The notes: generated from the letters alone by a model not told the origin. 15,242 nucleotides of DNA from Candidatus Aegiribacteria sp. (GCA_046498225.1 JAWOBF010000066.1:1-15242); one strand, 5' to 3'; positions 1 to 8,008 are shown, numbered from the stretch's first letter. Numbers and translations are program-made.

Positions 1-116
1 GCCGTCCTGTTCATGTAATCTTCGCGCGCCGAATCCAGCCATGACCTGTCGTTCAGTCCGGTGAGAGCGTCGATATTCCCGCTGTCCCGGCGGCCCCCGG
101 AATTCTCCGCGTTCAC
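1..116 (-). CDS. Probable GGDEF (diguanylate cyclase) domain protein, N-terminal fragment; truncated by the window edge
   Basis: Not in the ORF track. GTG at 116-114 overlaps the TGA of the cNMP gene (GTGA). My translation is MNAENSGGRRDSGNIDALTGLNDRSWLDSAREDYMNRT..., open to the edge. DALTGLNDR resembles the DxLTGLxNR motif that begins GGDEF domains. The GG(D/E)EF motif itself is not visible. Confidence 0.65.
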   Translation of the reverse strand, partial: MNAENSGGRRDSGNIDALTGLNDRSWLDSAREDYMNRT

Positions 117-637
117 TCCCCGGTCCCGGCGCCCGTTCGGAGTTCGTGTATCGATCTCTTGAGTTCCCTCATCAGCCTTCGTATCTCGTAGCGCTGTCTC
201 AGGTCGCTGTCGTCTGAAAGAAGGCTCAGTGTGGAATCGGCGTGCTTCAGCCTGTCCGAGAGCATGCCGGCCAGTGTGCACGCCACGTGGATGGCCAGGT
301 CCGGGTGGTTCTCATGCAGCTTCCGGAAAGACTCCCTGCTCATTGAATAGAGCTCTCCCGGTGCCACGCAGGTGACAGTGGCGGACCTGATACCGCTCTT
401 GAAGAAAGCCATCTCGCCAAAGACATCTCCGACTCCAAGGGCGGCAAGGACGAATTCCTCCCCCTTGGAATCGCTCACCACGAAACGGCCGCTCTTTATC
501 ACGTAAAGATCGTTGCTGAATGAGCCCTGGTCTATTATCACTTCCTGTTCCTCGGTGGAACGGACATCACAGGAATCCAGGAAGTGCTTCTGCTTCAGGA
601 AATCCACGGGTTTGAACAGATTGTCATCTACATCCAT
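113..637 (-). CDS. Cyclic nucleotide-binding (cNMP/CRP-type) domain protein with no obvious HTH
   Basis: IIDQG...LYVIKSGRFVV and the phosphate-binding cassette GDVFGEMAFF...RSATV, followed by a C-helix (F..L...HP.LA......LS.RL). RBS AAGGA upstream. 174 aa with a helical tail. Confidence 0.9.
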   Translation of the reverse strand: MDVDDNLFKPVDFLKQKHFLDSCDVRSTEEQEVIIDQGSFSNDLYVIKSGRFVVSDSKGEEFVLAALGVGDVFGEMAFFKSGIRSATVTCVAPGELYSMSRESFRKLHENHPDLAIHVACTLAGMLSDRLKHADSTLSLLSDDSDLRQRYEIRRLMRELKRSIHELRTGAGTGE

Positions 638-654
638 CAGGCGGTCCTTTCAGT

Positions 655-1182
655 TCATTCGTTCTCTATCTGCTCGAAATGAGCCGGCGCTTCCACCGAG
701 TACTCTTCGGACTCTATCCTGCTCGATAGTATTTCCACCAGGTCTTCCACGGCGGAGGCGACCTTCGGCGAAAGCCCCTCTTCCAGCCTTTCTGGACAGT
801 CGATGGTGACCCCCCATATGCTCCATTCAAGGTCGTCAATCCCCAGAAGTGCGCAGAGACGGACCACCACTGTGGGAAGGTCCATCTGATGAATTGACGG
901 GGCCCAGGCCCTTCTGGCGCTGTTCCTGCCCGCGCAGACCAGCCTGCCCGCGGGCTGTCCCGCCAGCGCGTCCACGAAGATGAACCTCCGGGCAGCCGTC
1001 AGAACGTCCCACAGCTCCAGAGGGTCGGTCTCCAGGTTATGCAGAAGCACGTCATCCCTGTAAGGGTATCTCTTCCTTAGGCTGGAAACCACCGCGTTGC
1101 CGGCACCATCATCGCCGGCAAGTGAATTGCCCACTCCCACTACGCACAGGGGGTAGACCCCGGCCTGCCGCTCTGTCTTCAT
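655..1182 (-). CDS. Hydrogenase maturation endopeptidase (HybD/HycI/HoxW family)
   Basis: VVGVGNSLAGDDGAG, IFVDA, SIHQ and EGLSPKV motifs. Start moved to the ATG at 1182 (MKTERQ), which overlaps the upstream TGA (ATGA). Confidence 0.92.
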   Translation of the reverse strand: MKTERQAGVYPLCVVGVGNSLAGDDGAGNAVVSSLRKRYPYRDDVLLHNLETDPLELWDVLTAARRFIFVDALAGQPAGRLVCAGRNSARRAWAPSIHQMDLPTVVVRLCALLGIDDLEWSIWGVTIDCPERLEEGLSPKVASAVEDLVEILSSRIESEEYSVEAPAHFEQIENE

Positions 1183-1904
1183 TTCCTGGTGAATACCTCC
1201 ACTCTGTAACCGCATTCATCGTCCCCCGGGCAGGATTCAAGGAGTTTCAGCCTGGCGTTTCCCATCCTTCCCATGTAACCGGCCATGTAATTGTAGAAGA
1301 GCACGCAAAGGTCTCCACCCAGCTCTATCTCCTCGTTCCTGCACAGTTCCCTTATGAAACAGGTGCCGACTTTCAGCTCCAGGCCGGAAGCCCCGTCGTA
1401 CTCCGGTCCTATCTCCCATGCCGGGGAGAACTGTTCCACCGCCAGGTCCAGGGCTTCCTGAAAATCCTTCGGCACCCTGTACCTGGGAAGCTGCGTGGCA
1501 AGTGTCCTTCCCGCCATGGTACCCACCGCCGGCAGGCTCCCGCCCAGGGTCTGACGGAACACCGATGCCACCGACAGCAGCCTTATGCCAAGGTCCTCCA
1601 GGGCGGCTTTTCTGTGGGCGTCATCCGATGGGGCATGCGGCAGAGGGACATTGGCGGCCAGTCTGGAGGCCAGCCGTATGTTGTCCTCGTCATGGTAGTG
1701 GTCCTCGGAATGGATAATGTCCTCATGGATTATGGCGCTGGCGGGACATATCTCGCTGCAGCTGAGACAGCCGAAGCACTCCTTCTCCTTCACTACCCTG
1801 GGGATGAGCTTTTCCTCGTCGAACTCGAACACGTCGGTGGGGCATTCTTCCACGCACAGTGTGCATCCCACGCAGGCATCCTCATCAATGGTTATCCTGA
1901 TCAT
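1179..1904 (-). CDS. 2[4Fe-4S] ferredoxin fused to a C-terminal V4R-like domain
   Basis: Two CxxCxxCxxxCP motifs (CVGCTLCVEECP, CFGCLSCSEICP). The C-terminal half has the V4R-type pattern AG..LA ... TC-x17-C-x7-AG ... C. Strong RBS GGAGG. Confidence 0.85.
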   Translation of the reverse strand: MIRITIDEDACVGCTLCVEECPTDVFEFDEEKLIPRVVKEKECFGCLSCSEICPASAIIHEDIIHSEDHYHDEDNIRLASRLAANVPLPHAPSDDAHRKAALEDLGIRLLSVASVFRQTLGGSLPAVGTMAGRTLATQLPRYRVPKDFQEALDLAVEQFSPAWEIGPEYDGASGLELKVGTCFIRELCRNEEIELGGDLCVLFYNYMAGYMGRMGNARLKLLESCPGDDECGYRVEVFTRK

Positions 1905-3309
1905 TCCTCCACCCCCTCCTGATGGTTCTGACGACCCTGCCGTCCTTCCTCAGCTCGATCCTCATGGGCATGCGCCCTGCTGCGTGAGTTGCGCACGCCA
2001 GGCAGGGATCGAAACACCTGAGAGCGAATTCCGCTCCGTTCATCAGGAGATTGTCGTCGCCGGACTTCTTGAAATGCCTGGTGAGAGCTGTGATGGTATG
2101 ATCTATGGCGTCGTAGTTGTTCTGTGTGGCCACGATAAGGTTCGCGGAGGTCACCCTGCCCTCATCATCCGCTTCGTACTCATGTATCAGGACACCCCTG
2201 GGGGCCTCTATCATTCCCGTGAAACGGCCCCCGGCCGGTGAAACGGCTTCGATCAGGGGGCCGTCGCCCAGCTCGCCGCTGCAGATCTCGATAACCCTCT
2301 CCGCGCAGTGGGTCATCTCGATGAGCCTTGCCTGGATATAGTCCACAGCGGACAGCCTGGGAGACCCGCCGCTCCTGAAATTCTGAAGCAGAGCGTCCGC
2401 CCCGGGTGTGGAGAAGTGTTCGTTGACGTTGAGCCTTGCCAGGGGCCCTACGAAGAATTTTTTCTCCTCGCTTCCCCCCTTGAGCCTTACCGACCTCATG
2501 TAGGAACCCCGCATGGGATGCTCCACCAGGTTATCGGCGTACCTGTCGGCCGTGAAGGTCCTCTCCTCATTTCCGGAAGGGTCGATGACCTTGCATGTAT
2601 CCTGCAGGAAGGTCACTTTGCCGTTATCCGTCAGGGCCATCGAATGGTAGGGAATGTCCGCGACCTGCCTCAGTTCTTCGATGTTCGAGAGCTTCTTCAG
2701 CATTACCTCGGAAAGCTCCTTTACCAGCTTTTCGGCTTCTGCTCCCCACAGGCCTATCTTCACCGTCTCGTCAGGAGTGGGCCTGGAAGCCTGTCCCCCC
2801 GGAACGGAAGTGACAGGATGCACTCCTCTTCCACCCACTATCTCCACTATCTTCTGCCCTATGCTCCTCAGTCTCAGGACCTTCCTGACTATCTCCGGGG
2901 CCATGCCGAGCAGGGCCAGCACGCTCCGGTCCTCAGGCCTGGCCCCTATGCCCACCAGAACGTCAGGGCCTGTGAGCACGAAGGTGCTCAGGGAATGGGA
3001 ATGGAGTATGTGTCCCATGTACATGAGTTCCCTGAGAAGCCCGGCGTCCGGCGGAATGTCCACTCCAAGGCCGTTCTCGATGGCGGCAACGGAGACAAGG
3101 TGGTGAGCGGCGGGGCAGACACCGCAGATGCGGCCGGTTATAAGGGGAAGTTTGAAAAGCTCCATCCCCTCCAGAAGTTTCTCGAAGCCCCTTATCTCCA
3201 GCACCTGCAGATGCCCGCCGGTTATCCCTCCCGAATCGTTCACGTCAAGCACTATCTTCGCGTGACCTTCTATCCTGGTCACCGGATCAACGTATATCTT
3301 CTCCCTCAT
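1885..3309 (-). CDS. mvhA: [NiFe]-hydrogenase large subunit, group 3 (MvhA/group 3c-like)
   Basis: PVTRIEGH, RGFEK, L1 RICGVCPAAH, EAPRG.LIH.Y, NLIVATQNN and L2 RCFDPCLACATH, followed by a cleavable C-terminal extension. All four Ni-binding Cys are present, with no Sec. The subgroup is inferred from the small-subunit type. Confidence 0.9.
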   Translation of the reverse strand: MREKIYVDPVTRIEGHAKIVLDVNDSGGITGGHLQVLEIRGFEKLLEGMELFKLPLITGRICGVCPAAHHLVSVAAIENGLGVDIPPDAGLLRELMYMGHILHSHSLSTFVLTGPDVLVGIGARPEDRSVLALLGMAPEIVRKVLRLRSIGQKIVEIVGGRGVHPVTSVPGGQASRPTPDETVKIGLWGAEAEKLVKELSEVMLKKLSNIEELRQVADIPYHSMALTDNGKVTFLQDTCKVIDPSGNEERTFTADRYADNLVEHPMRGSYMRSVRLKGGSEEKKFFVGPLARLNVNEHFSTPGADALLQNFRSGGSPRLSAVDYIQARLIEMTHCAERVIEICSGELGDGPLIEAVSPAGGRFTGMIEAPRGVLIHEYEADDEGRVTSANLIVATQNNYDAIDHTITALTRHFKKSGDDNLLMNGAEFALRCFDPCLACATHAAGRMPMRIELRKDGRVVRTIRRGWRNDQDNH

Positions 3310-3342
3310 AGTAAACCTCTTAGTTCAACCCCGGTGTCCAGT

Positions 3343-4260
3343 TCATTCATTCCCGGCCCATTCCCTTATCTCCACCGTTGGTTTCCTGTAGATGACCGGC
3401 GAGGAGAGCGCGTAGGAGTAGAAGGTCCTGGCTTCCCGCTCCATATACTCCACGATCTCCCTCTGATCTATTCCGGTGAGCGGGCTCATCCTCCTGGCTA
3501 TCAGGGTTCTGATGTCTAGATGGGGTTCAGTTATCACGTCCACCGAAGGGCCTGCGCAGCCGGCGCAGGCGACTCCCCTGTCGGGGCACTGGGCCTGACA
3601 ACGGTCCAGGGTGACCGAGCCAAGGCAGATGACCCCCTGGCTCAGAAGACATACATCATCCTCGGTGCCGCTGGACATTCCCTTCTGCAGCTTGACACCC
3701 TCCCTCTTCTCCATTCTCCGCCCGCAGGCGGAGCATACGGTCTTCACTTCCATTTCCGGAACGGAGGCGCCGAGAAGGGTCTTTATACCCAGCGCGATGT
3801 AGTATGGATGGGGCGGACAGCCCGGAATGTAGAAATCTACGTCCACAGCCTCATTGATGGGTATTACGCTCTGCTCCAGTTCGGGAGCTCCATCCGGCAG
3901 CTTCCCGTCCTTCTGCGAGGTTGGTGTATGTCCGTATATCTTACTCAGTATTTCATCCCCGCCGTACAGCCACCCTATGCCGGAAGGGCCTCCGTAAACG
4001 GCGCAGGTTCCGAAGGCCACCAGTTTTTCGCAGCTCTCTCGCATCTTCAGAAGGCACCGCCTGTCATGCTCGCTCCTCACTGCGCCCTCCACTATACCTA
4101 TGTCGGCTTCCGGGTATCCTTTCTCATCCATGAGAACGGGTATCCTGACGAATTCCACCTCATCCACCAGATTGAGAAGCTTCTCATGAAGGTCCACCAG
4201 GGCCACATGACATCCCGAGCATCCCGACAGCCACTCCGTTGAAATCCTGGCTTTCATCAT
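3343..4260 (-). CDS. mvhG: [NiFe]-hydrogenase small subunit (MvhG-like, three FeS clusters)
   Basis: GCSGC, VEGAV, AFGTCAVYGG, IPGCPPHP, VCSAC and CLLSQGVICLGSVTLDRCQAQCPDRGVACAGCAGP. The ~305 aa length with a Cys-rich C-terminus fits MvhG rather than the short HoxY. No Tat signal. Confidence 0.9.
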   Translation of the reverse strand: MMKARISTEWLSGCSGCHVALVDLHEKLLNLVDEVEFVRIPVLMDEKGYPEADIGIVEGAVRSEHDRRCLLKMRESCEKLVAFGTCAVYGGPSGIGWLYGGDEILSKIYGHTPTSQKDGKLPDGAPELEQSVIPINEAVDVDFYIPGCPPHPYYIALGIKTLLGASVPEMEVKTVCSACGRRMEKREGVKLQKGMSSGTEDDVCLLSQGVICLGSVTLDRCQAQCPDRGVACAGCAGPSVDVITEPHLDIRTLIARRMSPLTGIDQREIVEYMEREARTFYSYALSSPVIYRKPTVEIREWAGNE

Positions 4261-4742
4261 GCGTCCTCCAGTATCATTTCCTTCAGGCAGGCGTTGGGGC
4301 CTGCGTGAAGGATCTCCAGATGTACCTTCCTGCCCGGCATGACCTTCTCCATGGCCCCGGCAAACACGCCGTGGGCCATGTAGCAGAGTGATTCCTTCTG
4401 CTCGTGGGCGTATCGGAACAGCGCGTTCCTGACCATGCAGGTACGGAAGACCAGCCTCATGACATCGGCGCCGTCCCGTTTCTCCATCAGTTCGTCCCGC
4501 TCGCCCTGGAAGGGCTCGAAATCCCAGACTATTCCGCGTTTTTCAAGGGCTTTGCTCAGAAGATCCACGGCCTTTACCGGATCATCGGTCTGCTCTACGT
4601 CCCGGACCGCTTCCCTGCCGAACTTCTTCCCCGCCAGCATGCATATGGAATGGCTGCTCCGGCCCATGTTCTTCTCCGATGCGTGAGCCAGAGCGCCGAG
4701 CAGGTAGGCCACTCCATGAAGGCGGTCTAACTGTTCTGCCAT
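4257..4742 (-). CDS. V4R-like (predicted small-molecule/metal-binding) domain protein
   Basis: AGKKFG ... RTCMVR ... LCYMAHGVFAGAM ... NACLKE, the V4R Cys pattern. RBS AGGAGG. Its stop overlaps the mvhG start (ATGA). Confidence 0.78.
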   Translation of the reverse strand: MAEQLDRLHGVAYLLGALAHASEKNMGRSSHSICMLAGKKFGREAVRDVEQTDDPVKAVDLLSKALEKRGIVWDFEPFQGERDELMEKRDGADVMRLVFRTCMVRNALFRYAHEQKESLCYMAHGVFAGAMEKVMPGRKVHLEILHAGPNACLKEMILEDA

Positions 4743-4780
4743 GGTTCCTCCTGATTCATCGCGCTTCCCGGGCCGTCACA

Positions 4781-6175
4781 TCATGGCCTCAGGGCCAGCA
4801 TCGCCGATTCGATCTTTCCATTGTTGAGAAATGTCAACGCGGTTCTCAGCTTGTCTATCTCCCTTTCGTCCGCGTTTCTTCTCTCCAGCTGTTCTATTCT
4901 CTCGGAAACCGCCTGTTTCAGGGTTTCTATCTGGTTCTCCACCGTCTCGGCTGATTCAACCATGTTCCTGTACTTCTCCGTGCCTCCAGCACTTTCCTTC
5001 GCGGTCTCCGCGGCGCCGGTCTCCTCCAGGAATATGTGTTCATCATCGATCTCCACCGGTTCGGGTTCCTCCTCATGGAATTGAGTCGTTTCCGCTTCCC
5101 GTTCCGATGGGCTCAGATCGGCCGATGACTCCTCAGCCGCCTCCTCTCTTCCCTCCTCTTCATCGATATCCACAACGATGTAGGGGGAGTGGGTCACGGA
5201 GGCGTCGCTCTCTTCACTCTCCCGGGTGACGTTGAGTTCGGAAGCCCTGGGCCTGGGACGTTCCCTGCCATGTATCTGCATGAAGCTCAGGATGTTCCTG
5301 ACCGTATCTATGTTTCCGGTGTGACCCGGCCCCAGCATCTGGGCCAGCACCATTCTGCCGGCGGCCTTCAGCTGTCTCACGTTCAGTTTCACGTTCGTTG
5401 CTATGAAATCGATTATCTCCCTGTCGGCCTTTATCCCGGTCTGACCGAAGAGATTCTCAAGTATCTCCTTCCTGCCCTCCAGGTTCACCGTCTCGAGCTT
5501 TATGACCAGGCCCGAAGTAAGCCTGGAATAGAACGAAGCGTCGATGTCCAGGAGCTCACCGGGATGCACGTCGGATGAGGTTATTATGCCATGCTTGCCC
5601 CGGGGCATGCGGTTGATGATGGATATTATGAATTTCTGGAACATCAGATCACCCTGGGAGAACTGGATATCATCCAGCAGGAGCAGATCGAACGAAGTTA
5701 TCCAGTCCCTCAGTTCACGCTCAATTCCAGCCTTCAGACACTGCTGATACTCGATATGCAGGTCTACGGTATTCAGCAGAAGTGTCCGTTTGTGGGTAGC
5801 CCTGGCGATGGCGGCCAGCAGGTGTGTCTTGCCCTGCCCGGTGTGGGCGTGAAGCATTATGGGGGTTATGCTCTTCCAGACCCTGGGTATCAGGGCGATG
5901 GTGCGCGCGATCTCCGTGGCGTAGTAGTTCTCCTCGGTGGTGACGTAGCTGTTGAAGGTCATGTCCTCGGGGTAGACACTTACAAGCGTGGCGGTAAAAT
6001 CATCGGTGCTGCTGAGCTGGCTTCCGGTAAGCCTGGGAACCGCCCCGACCCCTCCTATGGCCTTGGCGAAGCTGATTATCTCCCTGGCCACCTCCTCCTT
6101 CACGAGCCCCGAATCGGAACATATCTCGAGGAATTCCTCAAAATGCAATTCGCTGAGATTCTCCAGTTCTTCCAT
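4781..6175 (-). CDS. DnaA-family AAA+ ATPase domain protein lacking DnaA domain IV; acidic linker and helical C-terminus
   Basis: MTFNSYV...N..A, Walker A AHTGQGKTHLL, Walker B LLLLDDIQF, sensor I ITSSD..P.EL, box VII SRLTSGL and sensor II NVRQL are all collinear with DnaA domain III. An E/D-rich segment follows instead of the HTH domain. Confidence 0.85.
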   Translation of the reverse strand: MEELENLSELHFEEFLEICSDSGLVKEEVAREIISFAKAIGGVGAVPRLTGSQLSSTDDFTATLVSVYPEDMTFNSYVTTEENYYATEIARTIALIPRVWKSITPIMLHAHTGQGKTHLLAAIARATHKRTLLLNTVDLHIEYQQCLKAGIERELRDWITSFDLLLLDDIQFSQGDLMFQKFIISIINRMPRGKHGIITSSDVHPGELLDIDASFYSRLTSGLVIKLETVNLEGRKEILENLFGQTGIKADREIIDFIATNVKLNVRQLKAAGRMVLAQMLGPGHTGNIDTVRNILSFMQIHGRERPRPRASELNVTRESEESDASVTHSPYIVVDIDEEEGREEAAEESSADLSPSEREAETTQFHEEEPEPVEIDDEHIFLEETGAAETAKESAGGTEKYRNMVESAETVENQIETLKQAVSERIEQLERRNADEREIDKLRTALTFLNNGKIESAMLALRP

Positions 6176-6189
6176 ACCCTCTACATCCG

Positions 6190-6882
6190 TTATTCCCCGC
6201 CCAGCTCTCTGACTATCCTTCCAAGGACCATGGAGAGACGTCCCAGCTTCACCTCCGGTCCGGTGGCTATCACTACGGTCTTCTCCTCGTCCAGGCCGGA
6301 AAGCGCCATTGATACGGTCTCACCCTCGAAGAAGGCCTTCCCCGTAAGCCTGCCGGGATACTCGGCGATGAAGCCGGCTACCGAGCCCATGAACGGCTCC
6401 AGTACCTGCATGAACCTGTCATCGACGCTGGACCTGGCAAGAAGCCTGCCTTCCGGGGTCATCATGCATATGTACTGGATGTTAGATACGGTTCCCAGCA
6501 GTTCATCCAGCCTGGAGGACAGTTCCTCGTCTATCTCCACCAGAATGCTTTCCTGCCCGGGACCTCCGTCCTTCTTTCTCTCGTCCCGTTCCTTCAGGGC
6601 CCACATCAGAATATGATGCAGATCTTCCTCGATGCTGTTCTCGTCCGGTTCCAGTCCCGCTTCGAAACTGAACTGTCCCTCATGCCAGTCCACGATGTCC
6701 ACCAGTACTTCACGGCCCTTCTTCTGCCCGTATCTGGCGTGAACGAGGTCCCCCTTCCTGTAGTAGAACTCAGCTTTTCCGTCGATGGAGATGACCGTGA
6801 GAAGCCCGGTCTTGCGGCTGGAATTGGGGAACTGCAGCAGCGACACGAAACCGATGTCACTTAATGTACCGCTAATGGCCAT
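6190..6882 (-). CDS. DUF4388 (PatA_N) domain fused to a C-terminal Roadblock-like domain
   Basis: N-terminal SGTLSDIGFVSLLQ.....KTGLLTV...FYYRKGDLVHA....G.E.L..IVDWHEGQFSF is typical of DUF4388. The C-terminal LDELLGTVSNIQYICMMTPEGRLLA...KLGRL has a Roadblock-like pattern (less certain). Confidence 0.82.
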   Translation of the reverse strand: MAISGTLSDIGFVSLLQFPNSSRKTGLLTVISIDGKAEFYYRKGDLVHARYGQKKGREVLVDIVDWHEGQFSFEAGLEPDENSIEEDLHHILMWALKERDERKKDGGPGQESILVEIDEELSSRLDELLGTVSNIQYICMMTPEGRLLARSSVDDRFMQVLEPFMGSVAGFIAEYPGRLTGKAFFEGETVSMALSGLDEEKTVVIATGPEVKLGRLSMVLGRIVRELGGE

Positions 6883-6906
6883 GAGTGGATATCTGTCCTT
6901 CCTTCT

Positions 6907-7491
6907 TCAGCTGATGTGAAAACGTTTGATTATCTCTTTACTTATCATCTGGAGTGTCTTCATTACACCTCTGCCAGTAGTGGCGATGGACTCGGTTACG
7001 GGTATGCCCTCAATGTCCAGTTCTCTCTCTATGACACCTACTCTCAGCCTGGGGCTGCAGTCCCTCTTGTTGTACTGAAGGACCACCGGGAAGGAGGAGG
7101 GGTCGATTCCATGGCTTTCGAGATTCTCCAGCATCATCCTGTACATCCTGGTGTTGTCATCCAGACGGTTCTCCTGCGAATCGGCTACGAATACCACTCC
7201 ATCGGCTCCTTCAAGGATTATCTTCCTGCTGGCCTCGTAGTATATCTGTCCCGGAATGGTGTACAGGTGGAATTTGAGGGAATATCCCTGCACGGTACCG
7301 AGCGATACGGGAAAGAAATCGAAGAACAGCGTTCTCTCCTTCTCAGTGTCCAGGACAAGCATTTCGCCTTTGTACCTGTCCGTCAGGGTCCTGTGAATGA
7401 ACAGCAGGTTCGTGGTCTTTCCACTCATTCCGGGACCAAAATAGACGATCTTAAAGACTATCTGCTTCTCAGTCGGGTCCAGATGAGGCAT
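6907..7491 (-). CDS. mglA: MglA-family small Ras-like GTPase
   Basis: KIVYFGPGMSGKTTNL (G1), ERTLFFDF (switch I with the intrinsic Arg), LYTIPGQ (G3), GADGVVFVADSQ and QYNKRD (G4). Start placed at ATG 7491 (MPHLDP) with RBS AAGAGGA. Confidence 0.95.
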   Translation of the reverse strand: MPHLDPTEKQIVFKIVYFGPGMSGKTTNLLFIHRTLTDRYKGEMLVLDTEKERTLFFDFFPVSLGTVQGYSLKFHLYTIPGQIYYEASRKIILEGADGVVFVADSQENRLDDNTRMYRMMLENLESHGIDPSSFPVVLQYNKRDCSPRLRVGVIERELDIEGIPVTESIATTGRGVMKTLQMISKEIIKRFHIS

Positions 7492-7981
7492 CGTCCTCTT
7501 CACCAACCACGAAGATCCTGTCTATAAGGTTCAGGGCATACTCCCTGAACTCTGGTACGGATATGTCCTCTGAGTCCTCCTTCTTCGTTTTTTCACTGCT
7601 CTCGATGACACTCACGAGTTCGGGGCCTATGGACCGGGCTTCATGCCTTACCCGGCCTATCCTCCTGTAATCCTCGAATACCACCACCATCATGAATTTC
7701 TGACCGATGAGAGATATATGGATGTGCCTCTTCTCCCCCTGCTGAAGTAGAATGGAGAACTGCTCCTCTCCCACGATATTTGCAACCTCCCTGGTGGCGG
7801 CGAACATACCCGCCACCAGGGCGGCCAGGGCGGTGGAATTGAGGCTTTCGGTGCTTCCGGCCTTGCTGACGCATACTCCCTCCCTGCTTATGAGCAGGGC
7901 GGTGACAGCCTCGGAACGCTTAACGAGGTTCGAAAGAAGGTCCTTAATGGTCTCCGATCTCTCCCGTCCCGGCAATTCCAT
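7469..7981 (-). CDS. mglB: MglB-family Roadblock/LC7 protein (cognate GAP of MglA)
   Basis: ALLISREG, ALAALVAGMFAATREVANIVGEEQFSILLQQGEKRHIHIS and VVF....IGRVR are the MglB signature. It lies directly upstream of mglA and overlaps it. Confidence 0.92.
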   Translation of the reverse strand: MELPGRERSETIKDLLSNLVKRSEAVTALLISREGVCVSKAGSTESLNSTALAALVAGMFAATREVANIVGEEQFSILLQQGEKRHIHISLIGQKFMMVVVFEDYRRIGRVRHEARSIGPELVSVIESSEKTKKEDSEDISVPEFREYALNLIDRIFVVGEEDDASSGPD

Positions 7982-8008
7982 GCATCACTCTTTCCGGGGA
8001 CGGATCAC

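Noticed and set aside
1885..3309. [NiFeSe] hydrogenase or a split large subunit
   Set aside because: The L2 motif DPCLAC is encoded with Cys in one continuous frame, with no in-frame TGA.
2308..3519. 403 aa + strand ORF, and similar long + strand ORFs at 1122..1922, 3520..4242, 5591..6616, 6916..7527, 10160..10756 and 11961..12671
   Set aside because: They are antisense shadows of well-supported minus-strand genes with no recognisable motifs. Long antisense frames are common in GC-rich coding DNA.
4781..6175. Calling this gene dnaA or hda, or this region an origin of replication
   Set aside because: There is no domain IV, no dnaN/recF/gyrB context and no clamp-binding motif, and I noticed no DnaA-box cluster.
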